Assembly (NCBI RefSeq): GCF_041956535.1
Contig: NW_027192206.1
Coordinates: 291,149-355,148, forward strand
DNA: 64,000 bases
DNA from: Calcarisporiella thermophila CBS 279.70
Taxonomy: Eukaryota > Fungi > Calcarisporiellomycota
Direction of reading: 5' to 3'
Below the pieces are notes generated by a model. The model ran no database searches and was not told the origin of the DNA. It was given only the letters and a program-made list of their open reading frames with translations. A program made the position numbers and the translations under genes. Numbering within the stretch: position 1 is the stretch's first letter; the number at the start of each line of letters is the position of its first letter. Of the stretch, positions 34,337 to 47,067 are shown in pieces.

Positions 34337-37300
34337 ATGGATAATCGACGTCAGGATGGAAATCGCACAAATGATTTGCACCCCAGCTTCCCATATCGCC
34401 ATTCTTTTTCAGAAGCTGGAGCTAGTAGTAGCGGCACTCATATGCATCAAGTTGAGTCACCCCGCGAATCACGTACTCTTAGTTCTCGCGGAGTCCCAAT
34501 GGTAATTATAGGAATTACACGATAATTATTACATCAATTATAACTTTTATATTAATTTATAAAATTAGACTCTAGGCCGCTGTATGTGTTGCTCAAGGTA
34601 AATTACTCATACACTGCTCCTTTTCCTCCCTTTATTGATTTACAATTTTGGATAGTCAACTGAGATATCCAAAATCAGTTTCCTGCTATAGATGCACTGT
34701 GTGCGATACTATAAATGATCTAATTCCCATTAGAAGTATATTTTTGTCAGAATTATCAATTTCACTCTAATTTTATATTAACCCATACATAACTAGTGGA
34801 AAATTCAGAACCTCTTGATCTTAATCGGTTGCGCGCTCTTTCTGCCTCGATTTCACAAAAATCCAAGGAAAAAGATTCGCCTTGTGAAAAAAGTTCACAA
34901 AAGTCTTTCGCTGAATACGAGGCGTTAAAGCGGATAATCATGAATACTTTCTCAAGCTGGACTAATCTGAATGAAAGCTTTTCTAACGTTTGTGGACACA
35001 ATTATTTTTTAATCAGCCGCAATATGTTTTAACACATTATATTATCTAGAGTCAATCCGTAGCTATAGACAACTGTGGTGTTGACTTAGACCACGTTCGA
35101 GAAGCATATAAAATTATCATAGATTCAGTAAGTTGCACTGACATCTGAACCTAACATATAACCTATAGTGATTCTTCGCTTTAGCCCACTTCAATTGTCC
35201 AAACCATGCTGTCCGCAACGGATACATTACTTCGAAGACCTGGAAAGTATGGCACCTTGATATTATTAGAACGATATGAAGTTCCGAGCTCTTTAATTAT
35301 TTGAAATATTATAGGATAATGAAATACAAGGAAGACCTCAAATTTTTGATGATTATACTGGAGGTAAATTAAAACAAATTGTCTTATGTTATAATGATGT
35401 TATTTAGTGAAATGAGTTAATCTACTAATGTTTGCTTTAGAACCCTCTGTTATCACAATATTATTATACTCCCGAATCCCAATATCACCACGGCATCTTG
35501 AAACGTCTTATAGGTATAATTTCATGCCTATCTAACGAACTACACCACTATTTCGTGAACTGGTTTGCTAGGTATTTATTTTTTTATTTTATTTTATTTT
35601 ATTTTATTTTATTTTATTTTATTTTGTTACTGGTTTACACCTAATTTTTTAAAATTTTCTTAAGAACAAGCACATCAATTCTGCGTAGACGGGTAGAGTT
35701 AGTAAATTCATTTATAACCTATCGACTTGATAAAATACAGCGCGATTCTACTCGGTCAAATCCTGGTTCATATGAGTCTGATTGGAGCATAAGATCTGCT
35801 GCTAGAGTAATGGCACTACTTTGTAAATTTTTTTGAAATTCCCATTAAAATTACTATACTAAGTATAATTTTCCAATTAATATTATTTTTTAGTTGCCGC
35901 TAACAGTCAATCTTCAAAACTCCCTTTATATGAGTTTTATAACACAATGGTAGACTACATCGACTTGATTGCCGACTATGATTTGTGGAGGATATGTTCG
36001 GGAAAATTTTCGTTTTGCCAGTATCCGTTCTTAATCAGTATGGGCGCAAAGATGCAAATAATGGATATAGATGCAAAACGTCAAATGGAGAACAAATTCA
36101 AAGTAAGATTAGCGTATTATATTTAATGTTTGCCTTTTCTGATACCAACAACTAAAACAGGAGGCAATTTTTACGATAATATTCCAAAAACGTGCTATAG
36201 TTCCTTACCTTGTGCTGCAAGTACGGCGCGACAGGCTAATCGAAGATTCGTTAAATCAGGTATGAAAATATGAATATGATCTTGAGATTCTCTTATATAT
36301 ACCATTTATTCTTAATTATTAGCTTGCATCTCATGATGCGGATGACCTTAAAAAATCTCTGAGGATTGAATTTACCGGTGAAGAGGGAGTAGATGCTGGT
36401 GGTCTCCGCAAAGAATGGTTTTTACTCTTGGTAAAAGAGCTTTTCGAGCCTCAGTATGGTATGTTTACCTGGGACGAAGATTCAAAATTGTGCTGGTTCA
36501 ATCCGGCCAGTTTTGAGACAGATGAGCAATACTATCTTGTCGGTGTGGTGATCGGACTCGCAATTTACAATTCTACCATACTTGATATCCATCTCCCACT
36601 TGCGTGCTATAAGAAACTGCTCAACTATCCTGTGGGACTCCAAGATCTAAAAGAATTCCGTCCGGTAAATTTTATTTCTGCCATAAGCTTTACTGTGCTT
36701 AATTCTTATAATTTGAATCAAGGCTTTTGCTCGTGGTTTAGAGCATTTGCTGGAATTCGAAGGCGATGTCGAATCCATATTTTGCCGCGATTTCGTAGGT
36801 GAATACGAAGCATTTGGAGAAGTACAGCGTATCCCCCTTATACCGAATGGAGAAAATATACCTGTGACTAATGAAAATCGCAAGGGTAGGCGTAAAATTT
36901 TGAAGATATCCCATAATTTTATAATTAATATCTTTTTTTTTGCAGAATACGTGGATAATTATGTTGAATTTATTCTCAACAGATCTATTTCCCGACAATT
37001 CAATTCCTTCAAACAGGGTTTCCAACGAATATGTGGCGGTAATGCACTATCAGTAAAATTACAATTTTTTATTTTTGCTATTATCTTTGTTTTAAATTAA
37101 TATAATCATATTACAGCTTTTTCGTCCAGAGGAAATTGAGCTTTTAGTACGAGGAAGTGCTGAACCTTTAGAGATTGAGCAATTGCGTGCGGTTACTGAG
37201 TATGAGGGGTTCTTGCCTGAAGAACCGCTCATAAGGTAAGTTAAATGTATTATTACTACATTCATGGTATTCTCCTTACCCATGTATCCCATGATATATA

Positions 37301-37626
37301 GAGATTTTTGGGATATATTTGCAAATATGGATCCACAGCTTCAACGAAAACTATTAATTTTTGTCACCGGTACTGATCGAATTCCTGCGACAGGCACAGC
37401 AAATCTTGCATTCAAAATCAGTTGTATCGGTGAAGATACCGAACGGTAGGTTTTCTACGTCGTCACTATTTCTTTTTTCAACATCGCTCACTAATTATTC
37501 ATAAGTCTTCCCATTTCTCATACATGTTTTAACCAACTATGTCTGTACCGTTACCGTGGTCGAGCCAAGTTACGAGACAAACTGATCCTAGCAATAAACG
37601 AAAGTCAAGGCTTTAGCTTACGATAG
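34337..37626 (+). CDS. HUL4: HECT E3 ubiquitin ligase, Hul4/HECTD2-like (many exons)
   Basis: N-terminal CxCC/CxxC Zn motif, FSFCQYPFL, FTGEEGVDAGGLRKEWF, FVTGTDRIP, catalytic LPISHTCFN. Confidence 0.88.
35582..35625. repeat. (TTTTA)n microsatellite in a HECT-gene intron
   Basis: About 8-9 tandem TTTTA units, read directly. Confidence 0.9.
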
Positions 37627-37833
37627 ATTGGATCTATGTAACATTATATCTAACCTAATATTAAAGGTGCAATCAATGTTTGTGCTTATATTTGCCCCAA
37701 CATTGCCAAGTGGGCTTGTTACGTTGATTGATTGCTTCGATTTGAAATTATAAACATTAAGCATGTATATTGAGGTTTGTTTATAAGCAGAAATGAAAGA
37801 AAAAAAATTTTATTTACAAAAAAGAGTATAACA

Positions 37834-39477
37834 TCACCTATTGGTATAAGTTTTTGTTCTCCTATATCTTTCATATATGTCCTCATCATCTTGAAAGTTA
37901 CCTATGCCATATTTTTGGCCTCCAGCTCGAGCCTGATTTACAGAAATTGGTTCCAGTATTCCACTACTGGTTGAACTTCCGAGTCCACTTCCAGCGCCTG
38001 ACCACCCTAGTTTCTGTAGCATACGGTGACCGATATTATCTTCGTGGATGAAGTGATCACCTTGAGCTTGTCTTGACGAATACTCATTTACTCCACCATT
38101 TGAACGCTTAGGAGTATCATTGCTGAAGCGGGATCGAGCTGAATGATTATAAGTTTCTCGCTCTCTAGGCTGCACTCTTGATTTCGAATTTGAATGATGA
38201 TTACGAATTTCCCGTGACCGACTACGCCGATAATCTCTACTACTTTTCCGCCCTCGACTGCGACTGCGACTGCGACTGCGGCTATGGCTATGGCTACGGC
38301 TACGGCTGTGATTACGATTGCGATTATGATAGCGACTGCGACTGCGACTACGGCTGCGATTGCGCCTGTGATTACGATCTCGGCTGCGGCTTCGGCTGCG
38401 ACTTCTGCTGCGACTTTGGCCACGACTTCGATTCCGGCTACAATTTTGTTCCGATTACGATTAAATTAGTTATCAAGAGCCTAATTCTCAAATAAATTCA
38501 TAAAAATTATTAATCTACCTAAATCCTGGCGATGGAGACCTTGAACGAGAACGTACACTTGAAATTGAACTAAAAGGTATAAATTATTTATATTGAATAA
38601 AATTGTCCAACGGGAAGAACAGTACCTTCTAGAATCTCTAGACAAAGATCTGGAATGATACTTATGAGCTGAATGAAAATGAGATTTTGAATCTCTCACT
38701 TCTGTCGATTTACGTCGAAATCGCCCTATAATAGTGCTAAGATAATTCATGTCCCAACCTTCATTTTTAGAGATAGTAGGGGCATCAGTTGAATTGGTCC
38801 TTGGTTCTATGCCCATACAGAACTCATTCACAGCTTCGAATAGCTCTTGAGACGGAGGAGGTAAGGGAGGAAGTCGAATGCTACTAACTCGTATAGGAGT
38901 ATATGGTAGATCCTCAGCCTATAAATTTTATAGTAAATAAAATAAACAGTAAGAAAATCTAACAGAGAAAAGCATATATTAGATAAGTTTTACCGAAATT
39001 AGCGGTACTATTATTCCTGCTGGTAGCTCATAGTACTTTTTTTCTGGCATTAGTGGTCTAGGAAGAGGTCCAGCTGAAGGAATTACTGAATCTTGAGAAT
39101 AAACACCAGTTGAAAAACCAGAAGGGCAAGAAGGAATGAATGGAGGGGCATTTATTGGAGGGGGTGCATGTGGGCGAGGTTGAAGAAATGGCGGCCGAAG
39201 GGGTGATGCAACGAGAGGATCAGCGGAATTATTACCAATAGGCACACCGGAGAACCCTCCATGCGTGAAGGAAGTAAATACATGTTTAGGTTGTTGGAAC
39301 GAACTGGTAGTATTCTGATCATTGCCTAATGAAATGCGAACGGCAATAAAAATAGTAACAGAAGAACATTTTATATGGTGAACATCAGAAGGATAAACAG
39401 TTCATTTTATTTATACAATGTTAGTAGATTACAATTAACGACTTAAAACTCCTGCACTTACTCTGTTTCTGATCCAT
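37834..39477 (-). CDS. CHERP-like splicing factor (Pro-rich, conserved CHERP core, RS domain, G-patch)
   Basis: YYELPAGIIVPLI, IRLPPLPPPSQELFEAVNEF, EGW, long RS/RSH repeat at about 38200-38440, G-patch NIGHRMLQKLGWSG..GLG..GILEPI, terminal DIYERYRRTKTY. These match recalled CHERP motifs. Confidence 0.82.
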
Positions 39478-39759
39478 AGCCGGTGGATTAATGTAATGGA
39501 ATATTTTCTTTCGTAAAGATCTGAAGTATTATGATTGAAAAATCCTTGCGATACTATAACGATTCAGGGGATGGATTTAATTAAGTTTCCTCGGAAATAC
39601 TATTTAAAGTGGGAGACTCTCTGCATCCCTGCTATTAGAAATGTGCTTTATGATCTCACCATCCCAATTTGGAAGTGGGCTCAATAATTATAAAAGTATA
39701 CTTCAATTATCATTAATAATTCCCTATAATTTTATCAAGGTATCAACAATTTCCTAATA

Positions 39760-40781
39760 ATGTGCATTTTATTCTGGACTGTGGATAACCATCCATTCTA
39801 CAGATTGTAAATGTCTCCTTTCCTAAACCATACTTGAACACAATTGTATTTAATTTATTATTCCGATATCTTTTTGTTAATAGTATATTTGCAGCCAACC
39901 GAGATGAATTTATAGAACGCCCAGCAAAGCGAGCTGATTTTTGGGATCCCCCATATGAACAAATACTGGCCGGACAAGATCTTTTGGGGAACGGAACTTG
40001 GCTAGGAATAACTCGTAATGGGAGGTTTGCTGCTCTTACTAATTTTCGTGAAAATGCTCTTCCAAAATCAAAAAAAGATGTTGCAATCAGTCGTGGTTTG
40101 ATCGTTCGAGATTTTCTCTCTAAAGACAATGTGAGCGTATCTGAATTTTTATCGGATTTAAATCTTAAAGGCAAACAATACGATGGTTTCATCATTATTG
40201 CATGTGACTTTAAAGAAAAACCAGAATTTTGGTACGCTTCAAATAGAGACGAAAAACCTCGGCCCTTGGAAAGTAAACGTGTATATGGTAAGAGATTACC
40301 CCATTATACCTGAGACGTATTTTTAAATCCTATAGAATATAGGACTATCTAATACGATTATTAGCCAAGAATGGCCAAAAGTAAAGGAGGGGAAACTTCT
40401 TTTTCAAGACATATTGCAGACGAAGTTTGAAGATGAGACTTCACTAATTCACGCACTTTTTAGATTGCTTCAGTATATATCCTAATAGTTCATACAATCA
40501 TATTTGTATAGCTAAACAATAATATTCTTACCAGGACTACTTCTCCATTTCCCAACGATGATTTCACAAGCAATCGCGACAGCTTTTCTACGCGAATAAA
40601 AATCCCACTAGTTTACGAGACGAGTACGAATGATGTCAAGCGGGCTTATGCAACGCGTTCTAGTACGGTTATTCTCATTGATAACCAATGGAATGCTACT
40701 TTTGTTGAGCGCCACCTATTTGATGAAAAGGGAAACCCTGAAAATATAGAATTTCATCATAAATTCCGTATATCAATATGA
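39760..40781 (+). CDS. TANGO2: TANGO2/NRDE family protein (4 exons)
   Basis: MCILF start, IFAANRDEF, GTWLGITRNGRFAALTNFRE, SRGLIV, YATRSSTVILID. Confidence 0.93.
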
Positions 40782-40955
40782 TTAAAGTTAATGTACTATT
40801 TTATCATTAATAATTGTTGTTTCAAAGACTAACTCTGAATATAATATATTAATCGTGTTCAATTGAATTTAGATGAATTGTTTACTGCGCCACTCATCAA
40901 TTTTATAAAAACAATGCTCAAACAATTCATCTGGAAAATTGATATATACATAAAT

Positions 40956-41353
40956 ATGCTCTCGGCGCGACCTACTTACGAACTCTTTCGCAGCACCTTC
41001 AAGCGAGCAGAGCGTGGACTTTTTGGCGGAAAACATATTCAATTTGGGAATAATGTAATCTTAACATCTCTAATTTAAAAAACCGTTTTGCATAATTAAT
41101 TTCATATTTTGCTGTATAGAATCCTTTTTCAAAGAAAAAGACTCGTAGGAACTGGTTACCCAACGTCCAAAGTAAACGCATTTTCTCGGAAGCCCTTAAC
41201 AGCTATGTTAAATTGAATGTCACTACATCTATTCTGCGTACGATTGACAAAAAGGGAGGTCTTGATCAATACCTTCTTAAAACAAGAGATCAGAATATAT
41301 TTAGTAAGAAGGGCCTCCAGTTGAAAAGGGAAATTGAATCATCTAAACGCTAA
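40956..41353 (+). CDS. MRPL24: Mitochondrial ribosomal protein bL28m (2 exons)
   Basis: GLFGGKHIQFGNN|NPFSKKKTRRNWLPNVQ...LRTIDKKGGLDQYLL. Confidence 0.9.
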
Positions 41354-41510
41354 GGAGATTCAAGTGAAGCTAATGATAGAATGTATATTTGTGCCATTGG
41401 CTCTCTCTTTTCACTCTTACAATGTATAATTTTGCCCAGGCTGCCGATATTGAATATTACTATAACTTTATACAAGTATTGTTTTATTTTTTAAATCTCC
41501 TCCAATTTAC

Positions 41511-44018
41511 CTACGATAAAATAAATCGATGGGATGCGTTGTACATTCGAGCAAGCTCATAGTCTGTCGGGTACACCTTTATAGGAATCAAGCAATCTAA
41601 AGTTTCTACATAAGTCTCCTGCATCGCCTGAAAGTGTTTATGACGATCATCCGTATTCGTGCGTACAAATGGAGTCAATGCCGCACTTGTGACAAACTCG
41701 ATTCCAAGATACCACTGAAGACGCACTAATAAACGTGCAAAAAAGTGAATTCAGGTGTATATACAAAGAAAATTAATTTATATACCTCCTGTAGTAAAGA
41801 ATTCTGGGGTACCAGAAGGTGGTATGCAGAGATTAAAACTCGCACGACGAGTACTTAAGCAAAATTCATTGTGTTCAGCATAAACTTGGCGAGTAGCTCG
41901 AGCAATTTGACTAGAGGATCGATTTGTGATGCTTTGTTCAATTCGCTCTGTTGTCTCCAAACTTACGGACACCTAGTGAGAAAAATATTCATATTATGCG
42001 AATATTAAAATACAATGAAAAATAGTAGCTACTTGATAAGTAGGTATAGCGTGCTGAGTAAGGACGATTACGCCGGAAACGACTTCGCCCAAACGATATG
42101 CAGTTTTCGGAAGGATCAACTCGGCCACTCTATCATTTCCTTTACAAATTTCAAATGTTGCTGAAGAGAATTAAGTTAAGTTAACGCTATAAGAGAATAA
42201 GTTACAATATTCAAGTCCACCCACCCCCCTTTGTACTCTTTGAGAGATAGTTCACAATACGTAAGCAATTAGAATTATCAGCAAAATTTTTTGTATAAGC
42301 TCCACTTTCTCTTCGAGTAAGCTCAGTCCCTCCAGGAGTCAGAGTGCTTAAATCATCAGAGTGCTGTAGGCGCTGAACATAATTCATGAACTCTTGTTTT
42401 GACACATCTGAATGAAGAATGAAATATTTAATAATTTGAAAGATATATAATATATATTAAAACTCACTATACTTCTGTTTTAACTTGACAGGGATATCTT
42501 CGATACAAAATACAGTAGCTTCGTCTTGCCACACGACTATAGGATTCATCAAATCATAAACTGGGCGTGATCCGTCCTCTTTATAAATAAACATTAGAAT
42601 AGGTTAATAAACCCTTAAATAACACTAGGAATACCAGAAGTATGATTAAACACGCGGAACGGAAGCTCCAACACTTGAGATTGATTATTTAATCCTCCAT
42701 TCTGAATGCCCACTATAAGATTATAATTAAAGCGGAAAGCTTTGCCCTTGTGAGATGGCGGAAGATCTGATGGGAGGAAAGTTTCGTATTTAACTATATT
42801 CAACCATATATTAGAGTATTAGATATATGAATAAAAACAAATAAAAAATGAGCCCTAACAAGTTCTTGTCTCTCCTGGAGCAAGGTGCAAGCTAGTAAAT
42901 ATAATCGATGGCGGTGTCGAGAACACGGGAACAGATTTTTCTTCTATATTAAAGAAATTGTATGGAATGAGAAGATCAGAAAATCAAAATGTAAAAATAT
43001 TATAAGTTGCATCACTACCATCACGACTTCGAGTGCCGCTTGAATAAAAAGAAGTTCCACTAGAAGAAGAAATAAGACTTCCACCTCCATGACCGCCACT
43101 TCGGTGGGCTGGCTTATACATAACTTTGGATTTTACTGGCTCGAAATCACTTATTTTAACCAGGTTCTGATCAACAAAAAAGTGGCCTTCAATTTGAGCA
43201 AAACTCCATAAAATTGTTTCGGATTTGTGAGCGAGCGATGGTGATGAATTAAATTGTGAAACCAAAGATAATCGTCGATTAACACGGTCCGATGAATTCC
43301 ATTCAGTAGAAAGATCATGTTGTTTAATTGCATATAAATCCAATGACGCTCGAGGAGTAGTATCTTCTATATCCATATCAAGCGAGAACGTTTCTGAAAG
43401 ATCTGTTTTTCGTCCCTGCAGAGATTCTTCGGTGAGATCTGGGGTAGATTCAATGTCGTCCACATCTAATAATAAAAATTAAGATATATATCTGTACATT
43501 TAGGTAAAATTCAAATAAAATTTACTTAAGGAATAAGGGGTAGCATCTATAGGTTCGTTAATCTGTAGAGATCCTGAAGCCATCTGCTCGCTTCCACTAA
43601 GGAAGGATAGAGTTGATGAGGCAATTGACGTAAGGGAAGCAGAGCGTCTTATCAGATTGCGAAGGCCACTTGTACTTGACAATGATTGCTCGAGACTGTT
43701 TAGAACAGACGAGTTTGTCTTTGAAACAATAGTAGCATCCTTTCCATTCCTTTGATTCGATTTCGGAGTCTGTCGGATGAAATCTCGCGGTGGCTCACTG
43801 CTTGAACGAGAATGGTTTGCAAAACCGTTGATAAGTGAAGTAATATCCCTTCGACTTAATTGTGAAGAGCTTGGCCGATTAACTCTAGCCCGAGGTGATG
43901 ATGGCGCAGAATTGAAATGTGAAGGGGAAGTGTGGGAGTTGGTGAATGATATAGTGCAGGAAAACTTCTCACCGGCGAAAAATACACCATTCTGATCCAA
44001 TGTAACAGAGATATTCAT
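41511..44018 (-). CDS. RGP1: Rgp1, Ric1-Rgp1 GEF subunit (multi-exon)
   Basis: VFFAGEKFSCTISFTN, ILWSFAQIEGHF, PVFSTPPSIIF, LPPSHKGKA, LQWYLGIEFVTS, ETLDCLIPIKVYPT. Confidence 0.88.
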
Positions 44019-44941
44019 GTTTAACAAATGACATAAATGTGTAATGAAAATATATAAAAAAGGTAAATATAAGACGGATCGAGAATCTAGAAAAATATTT
44101 TCTAATAAAACGTTCCGCTAATCTGGCAACACACTAAATGTAAAATGTAATCCCATATATACTTATTTTATCGCGCTCAATATTATTGACTCCACAAACG
44201 TAGATATTTCACAAAATTCCGATTTTTTTCGCATCATTAATAACCTTAGCAGACTTAATAACCCATACACGTTGAAATAGGCAAGAATTTGGATTATTCC
44301 CTAACATCGGCTTCAGGATGGTCTTATCTAATGCCCACATCCTTCTCCAAACAAAATTAATTACTATACACCTTCAATATACCTGGTTTTTGTTTAAATA
44401 AAATGAAAAATATATTTATAAAAATTTAATTGGAGAACAATTATTTAAAATTTTCAAAATATTCAATTTTCAAAAAATTTTTTTAAATTTAAACTAAAAA
44501 TTTATTCTAAAATAAAATAATTGTGATATTGGATAAAAATTTCATTATAACTTTTTTTAATCCTATTAGAATAATGTAAAAACTTTAATACATTATTTAA
44601 TGCAATATTTTTTCTTGTTCAGCCAAAGTTCATTAGCCAAGAGTTTTTCACATTTTAAAAACACAACATCTATTGGAAAATAAAAGATAATGCTAGTAGT
44701 ATTTTCAGGTTTAAACGTAGGCAAAAACTTTCAATTAAGTAGCAAGTAAAGTTATTTTGTTTCATTTCAACATTTGAGAGGTTCCGCTGTTCCAATTGTT
44801 AATTTTTTCACTCGTTTAGAGTAACTCTCATATAATGAATTCAATACCGAGAAAGATACCAGTGAACTGTAGCTGACATTTTAATTATCGTTTATTTAAC
44901 TCACATAACACGTGAAAAATCAGATATACAGTTTTACGGTC

Positions 44942-45663
44942 TCATAATCCGACCCTTCTCATAGCGATCGCCTCAGCTTCTTTAAGAATTTTCTCTTCTA
45001 ACAACAAGCCCTTCTTCACGGTTGGACGCTCTGTGAATACTGCGCCAAATGCACGAGCCTGTTCTTCTGCTACTTTTTGCTCTGTCTCTTCCATGGCACG
45101 AATAGCATAAAATTCGGAGCATGCTTGGGCATATGCCTGTTGTTCTGTTAGCCCCTTGTGGCGCATGAGATGAAGCTGATATTGAATTACACTATGTTAT
45201 GTTTAAAATTAAGATCTGAATCCTCTTTCCTATCTTATATCATAAGATGTACTAACCACTCTCCAGTTATTTCACTAGGGTGCATACCAGGTGCAAGTAA
45301 GCTGCTCCAATCATTGCGATTAGTTCCTTCACCTTCAATCAAGACACGAGGGCGATGAAGTTCAAAGGGATGATCGCGGAAAAATCGATGTCTGAGACGG
45401 TCTTCGGGATATATTATTGGCTGTGGACGTGGTTTTCGTGTACGTAGGTGTTTTTGTTGATGATGTGTTCTGGTTTTAGTGGTGGGGCCATGTGATTTTC
45501 CTTCTCCGAGAAAATCTTGTGCTTGATGTGAAAATACTATACTTGGACCGGGGGGAATAAGGCGCACAGCAGGATACCACGCCGGCTGTTCCTTCAAAAG
45601 CCCTCCTTTGAGAAGATTTTTAACTTGGTGGTGAATCTGTGATGGTCTTGCTCGATAGGACAT
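44942..45663 (-). CDS. RSM25: Mitochondrial ribosomal protein mS23 (2 exons)
   Basis: PAWY, RPQPIIYPEDRLRHRFFRDHPFELHRPRVLIE, AYAQACSEFY, EEQARAFGAVF. Confidence 0.92.
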
Positions 45664-45795
45664 CTTTTTCAATTATTGAAATTATGTTTGAGATTGAAGA
45701 GAGTGCTGTGTTGACAGTAATTTATGTGGCGGAGCAATCAATTCAATAATCTAGCGAGAATTTCCAAAATATATTTCTGAAGATTTCTTGAATAA

Positions 45796-46629
45796 ATGGC
45801 GAATAGTGACTCAATTGATTGCCTCCCATACGTAGATCGCGAAATAGATGCTGAAGGTAAATCTCTCTTTTTTATAACCTTAATCACACATACTTATTTT
45901 TATTATTCAAGGGGTTCGCGATCTTGTAGATCAAATAGTTGCACAAGAACTGCAGGCATCAAAACTAGATCGAGCCGAGTCCCCGAAACCTATAGATCTC
46001 TTTCAGGATGATTCTCACTTGCTAATACGAGAAGAAATAGAAAGAGTGAGTGCTGGACTTGCTTTACCTCAGATGGATACGACGCGATACCACCTCAATC
46101 CTCCTGAAGAAGAGAAGAGTAATGATCTCGATGCATGGCGTCAAGCGATTAACAACGCAAAAGCTCAATTGAAAGCACAAGAGAGCCGGTAAATACTTTA
46201 TTATCTTACGTAGCTACAAAACATTAATCTTTATATTCTCTGCTAGACTTTCTAATCTCGAAAATTTGCAAAATAATGGATCTGAAGCTTGGTTAGCTTA
46301 TAATAGTGAGCTTGAGTATACCCTTGCACAAATTCAAAGTGAAGCGAACAATTATCGCCAACGTATCGTAGAACTAAATCGACGAAGAAAACTCGAGCAG
46401 GTCATAAAAATTTTTATTAATTTTGATGTATGAAATTTTAGTAACACTAACAATTTATTAGGTCCAAGCTGGAAACACTCTGCGCACACTCCAGTCTAGA
46501 TGGGCAGAACTTTTGAGACAGACGGTTCAAGTGGAGGTAGCATGTGCCACCTTGAATGCAGAGGTGGCAGACCTACGCCAAAAAGCATCCAAAAATGATT
46601 CTTCTAAAAATATTGGTGCAAATATATAA
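45796..46629 (+). CDS. SPF27: Prp19/NTC complex subunit SPF27/BCAS2/Cwf7 (4 exons)
   Basis: IDCLPYVDREI, MDTTRY, AWRQAINNAKAQL, NRRRKLEQVQAGNTLRTLQSRWAEL. Confidence 0.88.
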
Positions 46630-47067
46630 ATGTATTGAAAATCCTCATTTTGTAACATCTATAATTCAAGTTTATTATTAAAAATCAATAAATCTACTCT
46701 GGAGAACATATATATGCTTCAATCAAATATTTTAGCAGCTACTACATCGAATGAAATATTTTGTGTAAAGAGTTTGAAAAAGACTCATTGATTATGCTAA
46801 TTGCTTCAAATGTCAATATGTATTAGAAAATTGGCCATTCTGTATGATCTTGATTAACATAAATATCATAAATAGATAGTACATTGCTAATTGTTGTCAG
46901 GAAAAATTGAAAACTTTATTCAATTAGATAAGATTTTATCTGATATATAGTATATAAGGGGGTACATTTCCCAAAGTCAATACAATATATTACTAAACTT
47001 AACGGCGCGTTAAGCATATCTTGCTATATATACACAGAGCATTATTACAAAAATATCTTACGAATAA

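Noticed and set aside
38088-38495. Cys/Asp/Gly/Tyr-repeat ORF (DCDCGYGYG) and Ala/Val/Ile-repeat ORFs
   Set aside because: Alternative-frame and antisense readings of the hexamer repeats encoding the CHERP RS domain.
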